From an uncultured Bacillales bacterium (lineage in GTDB: Bacteria; Bacillota_I; Bacilli_A; RF39; UBA660): 58,597 nucleotides of DNA. The position numbers were made by a program, and so were the translations under genes. How positions within the stretch are numbered: the stretch's first letter is position 1; each line of letters opens with the position of its first letter. The DNA lies in contig CAMVNW010000001.1 of the NCBI GenBank assembly GCA_947168965.1, forward strand, positions 1 through 58,597, read 5' to 3'. Below, in pieces: positions 1-9,572 of the stretch. The notes beneath the pieces were generated by a model that was not told where the DNA came from, made no database searches, and saw nothing but the letters and a program-made list of their open reading frames with translations.

Positions 1-416
1 AAAAGTGTTGCGGCTGCAGCTGCGGTTTGTAGTGTAGTTTTTATTTTTCTTTTTGTATTTACTTTATTTGCTTTTATCATTAATTTGTCTAATTGCTTAA
101 TATCATTTTCTATAAATGCGAATTTATCGTGTCTTAATCTTGTTGGTATATTTACTATTATATCTGTATTATTTTTATCACTTGTAAATGTATATTCTAA
201 CATTTCACCATTATTTCTCATTTTTTTATCTGCTACTCTTAAGGTTTGATCATTTAAATGATGAGCTAAACTACATATAATTGTTTCTGAACAACAATAT
301 GTTTCATATCCGTTTGATATTATTTTTACGCTATTATTAAAATAATCTCCTTTTATATTTGATTGTTCAAATTCATCATATGTAATGAAATGGCATCTCA
401 TTTTCTTGTTTTCCAT
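1..416 (-). CDS. hypothetical protein, N-terminal part only (ORF runs off the window start)
   Basis: ATG at 414-416 preceded by AGAGGGGA SD. Frame is open down to position 3. Translation MENKKMRCHFITYDEFEQ...TTLQTAAAAATL. No family recognised. Absent from the supplied track because it is truncated. Confidence 0.45.
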   Translation of the reverse strand, partial: MENKKMRCHFITYDEFEQSNIKGDYFNNSVKIISNGYETYCCSETIICSLAHHLNDQTLRVADKKMRNNGEMLEYTFTSDKNNTDIIVNIPTRLRHDKFAFIENDIKQLDKLMIKANKVNTKRKIKTTLQTAAAAATL

Positions 417-472
417 AAAATCCCCTCTTTTTTTTCGTATAATATACTATTTTTTTAATTATTTGTCAAATT

Positions 473-1408
473 TTACTGTTCTAGTGTTGTTTCGTCTATA
501 AATTTATATCCTCTATATTTTAATTCTCTTATTAATTTAAAAAGCGCTATATCTTTTTCTTTTGCCTCTATCATTATATCAAAATCTTTTTTTAGTTTTT
601 TTACTATTGCGTTAAATTCTATGAAATCTTCTATATTTATATAATCATGATGACTTCTGTATTCTTTTTTGTTTTTTGGGGATGATAAATGTATTTTTGG
701 GGTATTATTATTCCATGTCTTAAATATTTCTATTATATATTTATTTAAATTTAAATTATCATTATTACATTTATGGTGGTGATAGTCTAGTACCATTGGT
801 ATTTTTAATATCTTACATATTTCAAGTGTATCTTTTATATTAAAAACTTTATCATCATTTTCTAGTATTATTAAGTTTTTTTCTTCTTCATCAAGTAATT
901 TAAAATTATTTATGAATCTTTTTATACTGTTTTGTTTTCCGAATGTGCTGCTTCCTATATGCATTATCATATTAGTGTTTATATTCATTTGTTTTAACAT
1001 ATTTTTATAGAATTTGATTATATTAATAGTAGAGTTTACTACATTTTTATTTGTACTATTTAATACACAGTATTGATCTAAATGTATGTCTACTCTTAAG
1101 TTGTTATCATTTATTATTTTCCCTATATGTTCTAGTTTTTCTTTAAATATGTTTAGTGCATCATAGTTTACTAATTCGTGTGTAGCAAGTGGTATTATGT
1201 TGGATGACATTCTATAAAAATGAATATTATTTTTTATATTATATATTAATATTTGTTCTAGATTGTCTAAGTTTTGTGTTATTAAAATTGTTAGTTTTTT
1301 ATATTGTTCCTCTTCTGATAGTTTTTGATAATTCTTATATGTTATTGTATGTGAGGATGTTATATTTAATGTTTTTGTAATACATGCATATCCAAATCTT
1401 ATATTCAT
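473..1408 (-). CDS. uvsE: UV damage endonuclease UvsE/UVDE
   Basis: 311 aa. Motifs along the whole length match B. subtilis YwjD/UvsE: MNIRFGYACI, YRMSSNIIPLATH, MHIGS, LENDDKVFN, VLDYHHH, KIHLSSPK..RSHHDYI, IMIEAKEKDIALFKL. Confidence 0.9.
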   Translation of the reverse strand: MNIRFGYACITKTLNITSSHTITYKNYQKLSEEEQYKKLTILITQNLDNLEQILIYNIKNNIHFYRMSSNIIPLATHELVNYDALNIFKEKLEHIGKIINDNNLRVDIHLDQYCVLNSTNKNVVNSTINIIKFYKNMLKQMNINTNMIMHIGSSTFGKQNSIKRFINNFKLLDEEEKNLIILENDDKVFNIKDTLEICKILKIPMVLDYHHHKCNNDNLNLNKYIIEIFKTWNNNTPKIHLSSPKNKKEYRSHHDYINIEDFIEFNAIVKKLKKDFDIMIEAKEKDIALFKLIRELKYRGYKFIDETTLEQ

Positions 1409-1447
1409 TTTATCACCATATTTATTATTTGTTGAAAGGAGTTTTTT

Positions 1448-1981
1448 ATGAGTTTAAAAAAATCAAGATATATTGCTTTAATTGGAACTATTGTTTTAGC
1501 TTTTCTTTTTCATTTTGCTTATCAGATTTTTCCTAATTTTATTTTTTCTATATTTTTCCCTGTTAATGAGAGCGTTTGGGAACATATGAAATTATTATTT
1601 AGTTCTATTGCTTTTTATGGAATAATAGATTACTTTTTAAATAAAAAATATAATATAGGCTATAATAATTTTTTAATGAATATTTTTATTTGTTCTTTCT
1701 TGAGTGTTATTATTTATTTAATAATTTTTTTACCGCTTTATTATAGTATTGGTGAATCTATGTTTATTTCTATAGGAGTCATGATTTTAACTTTTTCTAT
1801 TGTTTATGTTATTAGTTATTTTATTTTAAAATCAAGAGATTATGATTATAATTTTGCATGGATTTGTCTTATTGTTTTTTGTTATTTGATTTTTACATAT
1901 TTAACTTATAATCCGATTCATTCCCACTTGTTTTTTGATACAAAAGATGAAATATATGGTATTAAAAAGAGGAACAATTAG
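1448..1981 (+). CDS. multi-pass membrane protein, DUF6512-like
   Basis: 177 aa, about 5 hydrophobic helices. NESVWEHMKL motif resembles the DUF6512 family. GGAG-type SD upstream. Confidence 0.6.
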   Translation: MSLKKSRYIALIGTIVLAFLFHFAYQIFPNFIFSIFFPVNESVWEHMKLLFSSIAFYGIIDYFLNKKYNIGYNNFLMNIFICSFLSVIIYLIIFLPLYYSIGESMFISIGVMILTFSIVYVISYFILKSRDYDYNFAWICLIVFCYLIFTYLTYNPIHSHLFFDTKDEIYGIKKRNN

Positions 1982-2136
1982 TTCCTCATCTATATATAAA
2001 CGCTAAAGCGATAGCGTTACCAAATTAAAAAATAATTTGATCTAGTATTAATATACGTAGTTTTTTATTTATTATTCATTTTATTTTATTCAAATAGTTT
2101 TATTATGTTACTAAAAAAATCACATTATTGTGATTT

Positions 2137-2628
2137 TTAATTTGAATTATTTGTATAATTTTGATTTCTGTTTATATCGTTTGATATAGCCGCAATGATT
2201 GCTAGTACTATTTCTTTTTTATTAATATCTTGTATGTCTATTTCGTATTTATCTCCTATTGTAATAAACTTTCTTTTGATGCTTCCTATTTGATTATTTG
2301 CATCATCATATATTGCAAAATCAAGCATTAGAAAATTTCCTGCTACTTTATATCCATTGCTTAGAATATAATCATTTTTAAATAATTGAAATTTTTTTGT
2401 TATTTTACAAAAAAAATTATCATTAATGTAAATGTTATAATTTGGCATAATGTGAAGTAATTCTTGTTCTATATAAACAATCTTGTTGCCGTTCATATCT
2501 GTTATTGTAGTTTTATCACCTATTGAAAAAACTTTACTTGATATTTCATAGATATCACAATCATTTTCATCTTTAATATAAAATCTATTATGAAGAGATA
2601 GAAGTTTTTCATTAACATATAATTTCAT
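2137..2628 (-). CDS. LURP-one-related / YxjI family protein (tubby C-terminal-like fold)
   Basis: 163 aa. Pattern MKLYVNEKLLSLHNRFYIKDENDCDIYEI...GDKYEIDI...IVLAIIAAI resembles B. subtilis YxjI (DUF567). Confidence 0.7.
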   Translation of the reverse strand: MKLYVNEKLLSLHNRFYIKDENDCDIYEISSKVFSIGDKTTITDMNGNKIVYIEQELLHIMPNYNIYINDNFFCKITKKFQLFKNDYILSNGYKVAGNFLMLDFAIYDDANNQIGSIKRKFITIGDKYEIDIQDINKKEIVLAIIAAISNDINRNQNYTNNSN

Positions 2629-2650
2629 TTTACCACCTATTAATATTATA

Positions 2651-3550
2651 TCACACTAATTCATATTCTCTAACAACAATTCTTTCATCTGAACAATATT
2701 CTATAACAAATTTGTTTTCTCTCTTGCAAATTAATATTCCAATTGTATTATTGTTATTTATCTCTTTTATATTTTTATCTATATAATTCATATATTTCTG
2801 TACTTGTGAAATATATTCAGCTTTAAACTCAGTTATTTTTAATTCAACTACTACATAACAATTGTATTTTATATTGAAAAGCAATAAATCAATATAGTGA
2901 TTTCTATCACCTATTTTTATCTTATATTCACTACCTATAAAACTAAATGAATTACCAAGTGCTTTCATAAATGATTCTATATCCTCCAATATTAGGTGAT
3001 GTAAAGCTTTTTCACTAATTATTTCTATATTATTCTTATTTCTAATTAATATAGGATTTGGCACTAAATCTTTTACTTCGACTCGATCTTTATCTATAAG
3101 CTTATTTTTTGTTTCTATCGGTAATCTTTCGTACTCATTAGATTTTATTTTATTTCTTAATTCTCTAACATCTAAATTATAAACTTCACATTGATTAACA
3201 TAATATTCTATTTTATTTATATCATCAAATGATAGCATTTCATACCAATGACTCCATGTTAATTTTCCCGACAATGTCGGGACTTTTTCAATTATGTTAT
3301 AAAATTGTTTGATTTTATATAATAATGATGGTGTATATTTTTTACCAAATTTCTTTGTTAATCTTTTAGAATAATCTTTTATTACGTTTTTCCCATATTT
3401 AGTATCTACATTTTTAAGCAGTTCTCCAACTTCTAAATATGTTTTTATTTTTTCCTTTGTTTTTGAATAATCTTTTACATTTTGATATATTTCATGATTT
3501 AATATCTTATTTTCTATTTGTTCATATGTTTTATCTATTTCTTCTATCAT
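2651..3550 (-). CDS. PDDEXK nuclease domain protein, YhcG/DUF1016 family
   Basis: WSHWYEML and C-terminal DLLLFN...VVVELKITEFKAEYISQVQKYMNYID (PD-(D/E)xK core). Start moved to the ATG at 3548-3550, 5 nt after AGAGGAG. TGA stop. Confidence 0.8.
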   Translation of the reverse strand: MIEEIDKTYEQIENKILNHEIYQNVKDYSKTKEKIKTYLEVGELLKNVDTKYGKNVIKDYSKRLTKKFGKKYTPSLLYKIKQFYNIIEKVPTLSGKLTWSHWYEMLSFDDINKIEYYVNQCEVYNLDVRELRNKIKSNEYERLPIETKNKLIDKDRVEVKDLVPNPILIRNKNNIEIISEKALHHLILEDIESFMKALGNSFSFIGSEYKIKIGDRNHYIDLLLFNIKYNCYVVVELKITEFKAEYISQVQKYMNYIDKNIKEINNNNTIGILICKRENKFVIEYCSDERIVVREYELV

Positions 3551-3594
3551 ATCTACTCCTCTCATAATTTTACACCCACTGGGTACACTTTTTC

Positions 3595-5622
3595 CTACGG
3601 ATTACAAGTTTCAATTCTTAACTTATTATTTTTAATCTTAAACATAATGCTTCCATCCTCGTCTGTTCTATATATTTTTGATTTTTCTAAATTGTTTAAT
3701 ACTTCTTTATTTGGATGACCATATCTATTATTCTTTCCAACACTAATAATCGAATAATTAGGATTTATTTCATCTATAAATTCTATAGAACTACTTGTCT
3801 TAGATCCATGATGTCCTACTTTAAGTACATCTATGTCTGGTAAATTATATTTACTTAATATTTCATGTTCTGTAGTACTTGATGCATCACCCATAAACAT
3901 AAATTTATAACCACCAAGTTCAGTGATTATTACATTACTATTATCATTTTCATTATCGTATTCTTTGGTTTGTAAAAACTGTAATTTATTTTTATTGATA
4001 TTCAACTCTTTAATACAGGAATAATATTTTATTCTCTTTTTATCTAATACTTTGATTAATTCTTTTTCTAAGTCATTATAAGGTCCACAATTAAAGATTA
4101 CTTTATCTACTTTGAAATTATTAACCAAATTAATCGCTTCACCCATATGATCATAATCTCCATGTGTCAATATTAAATAATTTATATTTTTGATTCCTAA
4201 AGATTTTAAATATGGTATTGTTTTGTTTTTTATTATTGATGAGTTACTATTTCTTATTCCTCCTGTATCTATTAATACATTTTCTTTGTTAAATTCTACT
4301 AGAATTGAATCTCCTTGTCCTACATCTAACGTTGTAACTTTTGTATTTTTTTTAAAATATTTTATATTTGTATGAATAATTATTAATACTATTAGTGGTA
4401 TTATTTTTATTATTTGTTTTTTATATATTCCTTTAATGAAAACGAATATTGTTATATAGTAAATGATTATTATGTACCATGGTATATGTGATAATATTAA
4501 GTTTAATTTAAATTCTGTTACTATTAATGATGTTTGTTCTAGTATATTTGTTAGCAATAAAAATATGTTGTCTAATGGCTTTATAATTATTGTTAAGAGA
4601 GACATTGGGAATATAATAAATGATACAAGTGGGACAAATACTATATTTGCTACAGGAGTTAAAAGGTTTATTTCATGAAAATTATTTATTAGTATTGGTA
4701 TGCTTGTTATAAATGATATTAGACTTGTTACAAATAATTTTATAAAGTAGTTGTTGTAATTGTTAATTATATGTGTTGTTAGTATTAATGAAAAACTTAT
4801 TGTAAAACTAAATATAAATCCTATGTTATATATATAAAACGGATTATAAAGTAAAAGTAATATAAAATCAATTATTAATAAATATATTGTCTTTATATTT
4901 AATTTAAATGCTTTATTAATTGTTACTAATATATATAGTATCAATGCTCGTAATATTGATGGTGAATAATTTGTTAAAAATGAAAAAAATATAAATATTA
5001 ATATTATTATTAAGTATTTTATCTTTTCATTTACTTTTTTTAATATAACTAATAATACTGTAGCAAATAGTGACAGGTGCATTCCTGATACTGCAAATAA
5101 GTGGCTTATACCGTTTATCTGGTATGTATTTATTGTATCTTTTTCTATGTCACTGTTATCTCCTAATATAAATGTTTTTAAATATTTGCATGTTTTATAT
5201 TTTTCTATGTGATTTATTAAAAAATTTTTAATTTGGAATTTTATATCTTTATTTTCTTTTATTAATGTTATTTTATTAGCTTTTATTATATTATCTATCT
5301 TTCTGCTTTTTAAGTATTTCTTATAATTAAATATGTTTGGAATTGTATTGTTTTGTGGTTTTGATACTTCTCCTTCTACTTTAATTTTATCGCCTAATTT
5401 AAAATTTAGTTCTTTATCATAAATTACTAATACTTTTTGATTTGCGTTTAATTCTATTTGTGTGTTTGTTTCTGTTTCTTTTATACTTGATATTGTTCCT
5501 ATAACTATATTATTTATATTTTTTGCTTTTGTATTTTTTATTTTTATATATGTGATGCCTATTGTTATTAATAAAAATAATAATACTATTTTATACAGTG
5601 ATATAGTCTTTGAATTTTTCAA
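3595..5622 (-). CDS. comEC: DNA internalization competence protein ComEC/Rec2
   Basis: 675 aa. N-terminal OB region, polytopic competence domain, C-terminal metallo-beta-lactamase motifs (LDVGQGDS, LTHGDYDHMGE, GHHGS). Confidence 0.9.
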   Translation of the reverse strand: MKNSKTISLYKIVLLFLLITIGITYIKIKNTKAKNINNIVIGTISSIKETETNTQIELNANQKVLVIYDKELNFKLGDKIKVEGEVSKPQNNTIPNIFNYKKYLKSRKIDNIIKANKITLIKENKDIKFQIKNFLINHIEKYKTCKYLKTFILGDNSDIEKDTINTYQINGISHLFAVSGMHLSLFATVLLVILKKVNEKIKYLIIILIFIFFSFLTNYSPSILRALILYILVTINKAFKLNIKTIYLLIIDFILLLLYNPFYIYNIGFIFSFTISFSLILTTHIINNYNNYFIKLFVTSLISFITSIPILINNFHEINLLTPVANIVFVPLVSFIIFPMSLLTIIIKPLDNIFLLLTNILEQTSLIVTEFKLNLILSHIPWYIIIIYYITIFVFIKGIYKKQIIKIIPLIVLIIIHTNIKYFKKNTKVTTLDVGQGDSILVEFNKENVLIDTGGIRNSNSSIIKNKTIPYLKSLGIKNINYLILTHGDYDHMGEAINLVNNFKVDKVIFNCGPYNDLEKELIKVLDKKRIKYYSCIKELNINKNKLQFLQTKEYDNENDNSNVIITELGGYKFMFMGDASSTTEHEILSKYNLPDIDVLKVGHHGSKTSSSIEFIDEINPNYSIISVGKNNRYGHPNKEVLNNLEKSKIYRTDEDGSIMFKIKNNKLRIETCNP

Positions 5623-6271
5623 ATGTTGATTCTCCTATACCACTTATGTTTTTAATCTCTTCTATGGTTTTAAATCCTCCATTTTCTTCTCTATATTTTA
5701 TAATCGCTTGGGCTTTTGATTCTCCTATTCCTGGTAATGTAAGAAGTTCTTCTTGTGTTCCTGTATTAAGTGATATTTTATTATTTTTTGATGGCTGTTG
5801 TGTTTTATTTGTTTGTTTTTCTGATATATTTTCTTTTATGCATGCTTCATTAATTGTGTCTGGACAGGAGCATTCTTTTTCTATATATTCTATTACTGTT
5901 TTTGTTTCTTTTAATTCTTGTTTTAATTCTTCTATTTTATTTTTATTATATATTATTATTACCATTTCATCTTTTAGGTTTTTGCTTAAGTTTATTAACT
6001 CTGTATCTGCATTTTCTGTTAATCCACCTGAAGCTTTTATTGCGTCACTTACTCTATCGTTTTCTTTTAATTCATATACTCCTGGTTTTTTTACTTCTCC
6101 TTTTATATCTATTTTTATTTGTTTTTTAGGTTCTTCTTGTTCTACTTCTTGTGTAAGTTCTATTATTTCTTCTGGTTCTTCTTCTGTTTTAGAAAAGTTC
6201 ATAATTATTATTACTAATACTATAATTATCGGTATAATAATTTTTCCATATTTTAATAATTTTTGTTTCAT
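5591..6271 (-). CDS. comEA: competence protein ComEA (SLBB + tandem helix-hairpin-helix DNA receptor)
   Basis: TM anchor. C-terminal LNTGTQEELLTLPGIGESKAQAIIKYREENGGFKTIEEIKNISGIGESTFEKFKDY. Start placed at the ATG after GAGGAGG. Overlaps the comEC start by 32 nt. Confidence 0.85.
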   Translation of the reverse strand: MKQKLLKYGKIIIPIIIVLVIIIMNFSKTEEEPEEIIELTQEVEQEEPKKQIKIDIKGEVKKPGVYELKENDRVSDAIKASGGLTENADTELINLSKNLKDEMVIIIYNKNKIEELKQELKETKTVIEYIEKECSCPDTINEACIKENISEKQTNKTQQPSKNNKISLNTGTQEELLTLPGIGESKAQAIIKYREENGGFKTIEEIKNISGIGESTFEKFKDYITV

Positions 6272-6353
6272 TTTTCCTCCTCTTTTAGGCATCTATAAAT
6301 ATAGTACTCGTTTTTTTTGAAAGTTCCTTAATTTAAGGCAACAAAAAAATGAA

Positions 6354-7358
6354 TTAATTTGTTTTTAATTCATTTATTGCGTCTTTTAACGAAGATACTC
6401 CTATTATTTTTATATTGTATCCTTTTTCTTTTTTTATTTTTATTGCTTCTTCATAGTTTTCTCCGTTAGGCACTAGAAATATGTCTGCTTTGTTTTTTAC
6501 TGCTCCTATTAATTTATATTTTACTCCACCGATTTCTCCAACTATTCCGTTTGAGTCTATAGTTCCAGTACCAACTATTTTCTTTCCGTTTGTTAAATCT
6601 GTTTCTGTTACTTCGCTATATATTGTTAATGCCATCATCATTCCTCCTGATGGTCCTGATTCTCTGGCTTTATAGTTTATGTCTATTTTATATTTAGATT
6701 CTATGTCAAATGTTTCTCCTAGTCCTATTCCTATTACTATTTTGTCGTCTATTTTTATATATTCTGCAGTTCTTGTGTATTCTTTATTATTATTTATTAC
6801 TTTTATTTTTATTGTTTTTCCTTCTTGTTTTTCTAGCGATTGCAGTTCTTTTATTGTATTTATTTTTTTTCCATCAACTTCTATTATTTGATCACCAATT
6901 TTTACGTCTGTTTTGGCATTTTCATATATATATGTTACATATGTTTTGTTGTTTGTTGTATTAAAATCTACATTTGCTTCTTTTAATCCAATGTACTCTG
7001 CGTTACATATTGCTTCTTTTAGGCTTAATTGATCTCTAAATTTTGCTTCTTCTAATGTTTCGTTTTTTTGAATTATTTCTTTTTTATCTATTAAATCCCA
7101 GTCTTTATTTAGTTTTGATATTATATATGTTGGTATTGTTGCTTCCATTTCTGATACGTATGCGAGGTTTAAGGTTCCTGTTAGTTTTTGTTTACTATCT
7201 ATTTTTATTCTATCTGATATATTTATTATTCCTCCTGGTGCATCTATATAATATGGCAATCTTATTGTCATTAATAAAAATACTATTAATATTGTTAATA
7301 TGAATTTATATTCTTTTTTGATATATTTTTTTATTGTTTCATATAATTTAGTAAACAT
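6354..7358 (-). CDS. YlbL/SepM-type membrane-anchored PDZ + Lon-like S16 serine protease
   Basis: N-terminal TM, PDZ (VKIGDQIIEVDGKKI), Lon C-terminal domain (GPSGGMMMAL, GTGTID..G.VGEIGGVKYK). Confidence 0.8.
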   Translation of the reverse strand: MFTKLYETIKKYIKKEYKFILTILIVFLLMTIRLPYYIDAPGGIINISDRIKIDSKQKLTGTLNLAYVSEMEATIPTYIISKLNKDWDLIDKKEIIQKNETLEEAKFRDQLSLKEAICNAEYIGLKEANVDFNTTNNKTYVTYIYENAKTDVKIGDQIIEVDGKKINTIKELQSLEKQEGKTIKIKVINNNKEYTRTAEYIKIDDKIVIGIGLGETFDIESKYKIDINYKARESGPSGGMMMALTIYSEVTETDLTNGKKIVGTGTIDSNGIVGEIGGVKYKLIGAVKNKADIFLVPNGENYEEAIKIKKEKGYNIKIIGVSSLKDAINELKTN

Positions 7359-7401
7359 ATTTATCCTCCCTATTTAATGATATCATATTATGGTGAAATT
7401 T

Positions 7402-8391
7402 ATGAGAAAAATTATTGTTAGTATTTTAATTATGTGTGTTTTATTGTTTGTTATGTTTGAAATACTTACTACTTCTGAGAGCATTTTAGAATCTGTTAGT
7501 TTTTCTTTTGGAGTATGGAAAAATAATATATTTCCATCTTTATTTCCTTTTTTTGTTTTATCTGAATTGTTGATTAATTATGGATTTGTTGAATTAGTTG
7601 GTGAATTATTTAAGCCTATTATGGGTAAATTATTTAAGGTTAAAGGTGTTGGTGCATTTGTATTTATAATGAGTATGGTTAGTGGTTTTCCTAGTAATGC
7701 TAAATACGTACGAGAATTATATATAAATGGTTTGATTAATGAGTATGAGGGAACAAAGATTCTCACTTTTACTCATTTTTCTAATCCTTTATTTATTCTA
7801 GGTACGATTTCTATTTTATTTTTAAATAATAAGGATGTTGGGTTATTAATTTTAATCTGTCATTATTTAGGAAATATTTTTAACGGGTTTCTCTTTAGAA
7901 ATTATTATATTAGTGACTCAGTGGAACTTTCTGTTTCTTTTAAAAAGGCTATTTTGGAAATGCATAGAAAGAGAATTTCTAGTGATAAATCTTTTGGTGA
8001 GGTTATGAGCAATGCTTTATTAAATGGGATTAATACTTTATTGTTAGTTTTTGGCGTTGTTACTATATTTTTAGTTATTACTACTATTGTGGACAATAAT
8101 GTTAATCTGCCTCGTTATTATCAAAGTATTCTGAATGGTATTATTGAGATGACTCAGGGATTAAAATATGTAAGTTTGCTTGATATACCATTAAAAATTA
8201 AAGGCACACTATCTGTGTTGTTTATTTCATTTGGTGGATTTAGTGTGCATATTCAACTTTTAAGTATTATTAGTGATACTAAGATAAAGTATTTTCCATT
8301 TTTTGTTGCCAGAGTTATTCATGGTTGTTTTTCTTCTATTGTATTTTATTTTTTATTTGATTTCTGGATTAATATATTAAATTATTTATAA
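7402..8391 (+). CDS. ylbJ: sporulation integral membrane protein YlbJ-like (nucleoside-recognition domain)
   Basis: Polytopic. GVWKNNIFPSLFPFFVLSELL and SMVSGFPSNAKY match YlbJ. The second ATG was chosen (GGTGA SD). The track start at 7390 remains possible. Confidence 0.7.
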   Translation: MRKIIVSILIMCVLLFVMFEILTTSESILESVSFSFGVWKNNIFPSLFPFFVLSELLINYGFVELVGELFKPIMGKLFKVKGVGAFVFIMSMVSGFPSNAKYVRELYINGLINEYEGTKILTFTHFSNPLFILGTISILFLNNKDVGLLILICHYLGNIFNGFLFRNYYISDSVELSVSFKKAILEMHRKRISSDKSFGEVMSNALLNGINTLLLVFGVVTIFLVITTIVDNNVNLPRYYQSILNGIIEMTQGLKYVSLLDIPLKIKGTLSVLFISFGGFSVHIQLLSIISDTKIKYFPFFVARVIHGCFSSIVFYFLFDFWINILNYL

Positions 8392-8393
8392 TT

Positions 8394-9563
8394 CTATTTA
8401 TATTTTTCTTGATCTGTAAGATAGTTTTGCATTACTTCATTTGCTGTTAAGGCTCTATCATATATTAATACATTTTGTACTTCTATGTTTGCATAATTTC
8501 CCATTCCATTTAGTCCAGGATTTCCACCTATTCCTAACGCAACTGGAGATACTTTAAGATTTATATTATTATAGTCCAATGTTTCTAATAGGACTCCATT
8601 TATATATACTTTTGTTTGATTACTATTGTATGTAACTGCCATTGTGACGTATGTATTTATATCGAATGTTTTGGTTGTCGTAATAGTTTTATATCCGTTT
8701 AGATAATACATTGCAATATATTTGCCTGATTTATTATATGAAAATCCTCCTCCTGCTCCTTCCCAATTACCGAAAAATTCCATTGTGGTTTGTGAACCTA
8801 TAAATGATACTGGTTTAACTCTTATTTCCATTGTAAATTCAGGGTTATATGATTTGTTTTTTGTATTATTTAATAATGCGTAATTATTTGTTCCATTAAA
8901 TATTATGGAATTTTCTGTCCATGTTGGATTGTTGTATAAGGTTGCATTGTATGAATTTTCTGTTAAATCTTTCCATGTTGTTGTGCTGTTTGAATGGCCA
9001 CTTCCTGTGTTATTTATTGCATCTAAATACGTAATTAGTCCATCTGTAACATATGTTTTTTCTACTGTTAAGTTAGTTATTTCATTTACTATATATGGAT
9101 AAATTATTTTAATTTCTAGATTTTCATTATTATTTGATTTATTAATTATTGGTATTTTTATGCTTATGATTGCTTTTTGATTTTGTGAGTAAATGTTACC
9201 TGTTGTTTCTACATTAAATGCTCCTAATGAATATTCGTTATTTAATTTCATTGCATAATCATCATATTTTAATATTTGATTTTCAATGTCTGCTGATAAT
9301 CTTTTTGTTTCTCCTGTTGAATATGAGAAATCTATACAGTTTAAACCACAAGTTGATGCGTTTATTAGTTTTTTTTCTGTTAGATCTGTATATATTTTGT
9401 TTGTCATAATATTCTGCTTATTTATTATATCTGTTGTTGTTCCAGAGGTTTTGTATAATTCTTTTAAGTTTATTATTAGTTGAAATAATATCATTACTAG
9501 TATCATTGATAATGTAAATGATACTAGTAGTTCTATTAATGTAAATCCTTTGTTATTCTTCAT
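8394..9563 (-). CDS. modular type IV pilin-like protein: prepilin N-terminus + C-terminal LamG (concanavalin A-like) module
   Basis: MKNNKG/FTLIELLVS class III signal with Glu+5. C-terminal about 220 aa has Laminin_G_3-like pattern (WKDL..N..ATLYNNPTW..NSIIFNGTNNYA...VYINGVL...IGGNP...NVLIYDRALTANEV). Confidence 0.75.
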   Translation of the reverse strand: MKNNKGFTLIELLVSFTLSMILVMILFQLIINLKELYKTSGTTTDIINKQNIMTNKIYTDLTEKKLINASTCGLNCIDFSYSTGETKRLSADIENQILKYDDYAMKLNNEYSLGAFNVETTGNIYSQNQKAIISIKIPIINKSNNNENLEIKIIYPYIVNEITNLTVEKTYVTDGLITYLDAINNTGSGHSNSTTTWKDLTENSYNATLYNNPTWTENSIIFNGTNNYALLNNTKNKSYNPEFTMEIRVKPVSFIGSQTTMEFFGNWEGAGGGFSYNKSGKYIAMYYLNGYKTITTTKTFDINTYVTMAVTYNSNQTKVYINGVLLETLDYNNINLKVSPVALGIGGNPGLNGMGNYANIEVQNVLIYDRALTANEVMQNYLTDQEKYK

Positions 9564-9572
9564 GTTTCACCT

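Noticed and set aside
5610-6320. 236-aa plus-strand ORF (and nested 5854-6129) opposite comEA
   Set aside because: It lies entirely antisense to a gene with clear ComEA motifs. The translation is Phe/Ser/Ile/Leu-rich low-complexity sequence typical of shadow ORFs in AT-rich DNA, and there is no SD.
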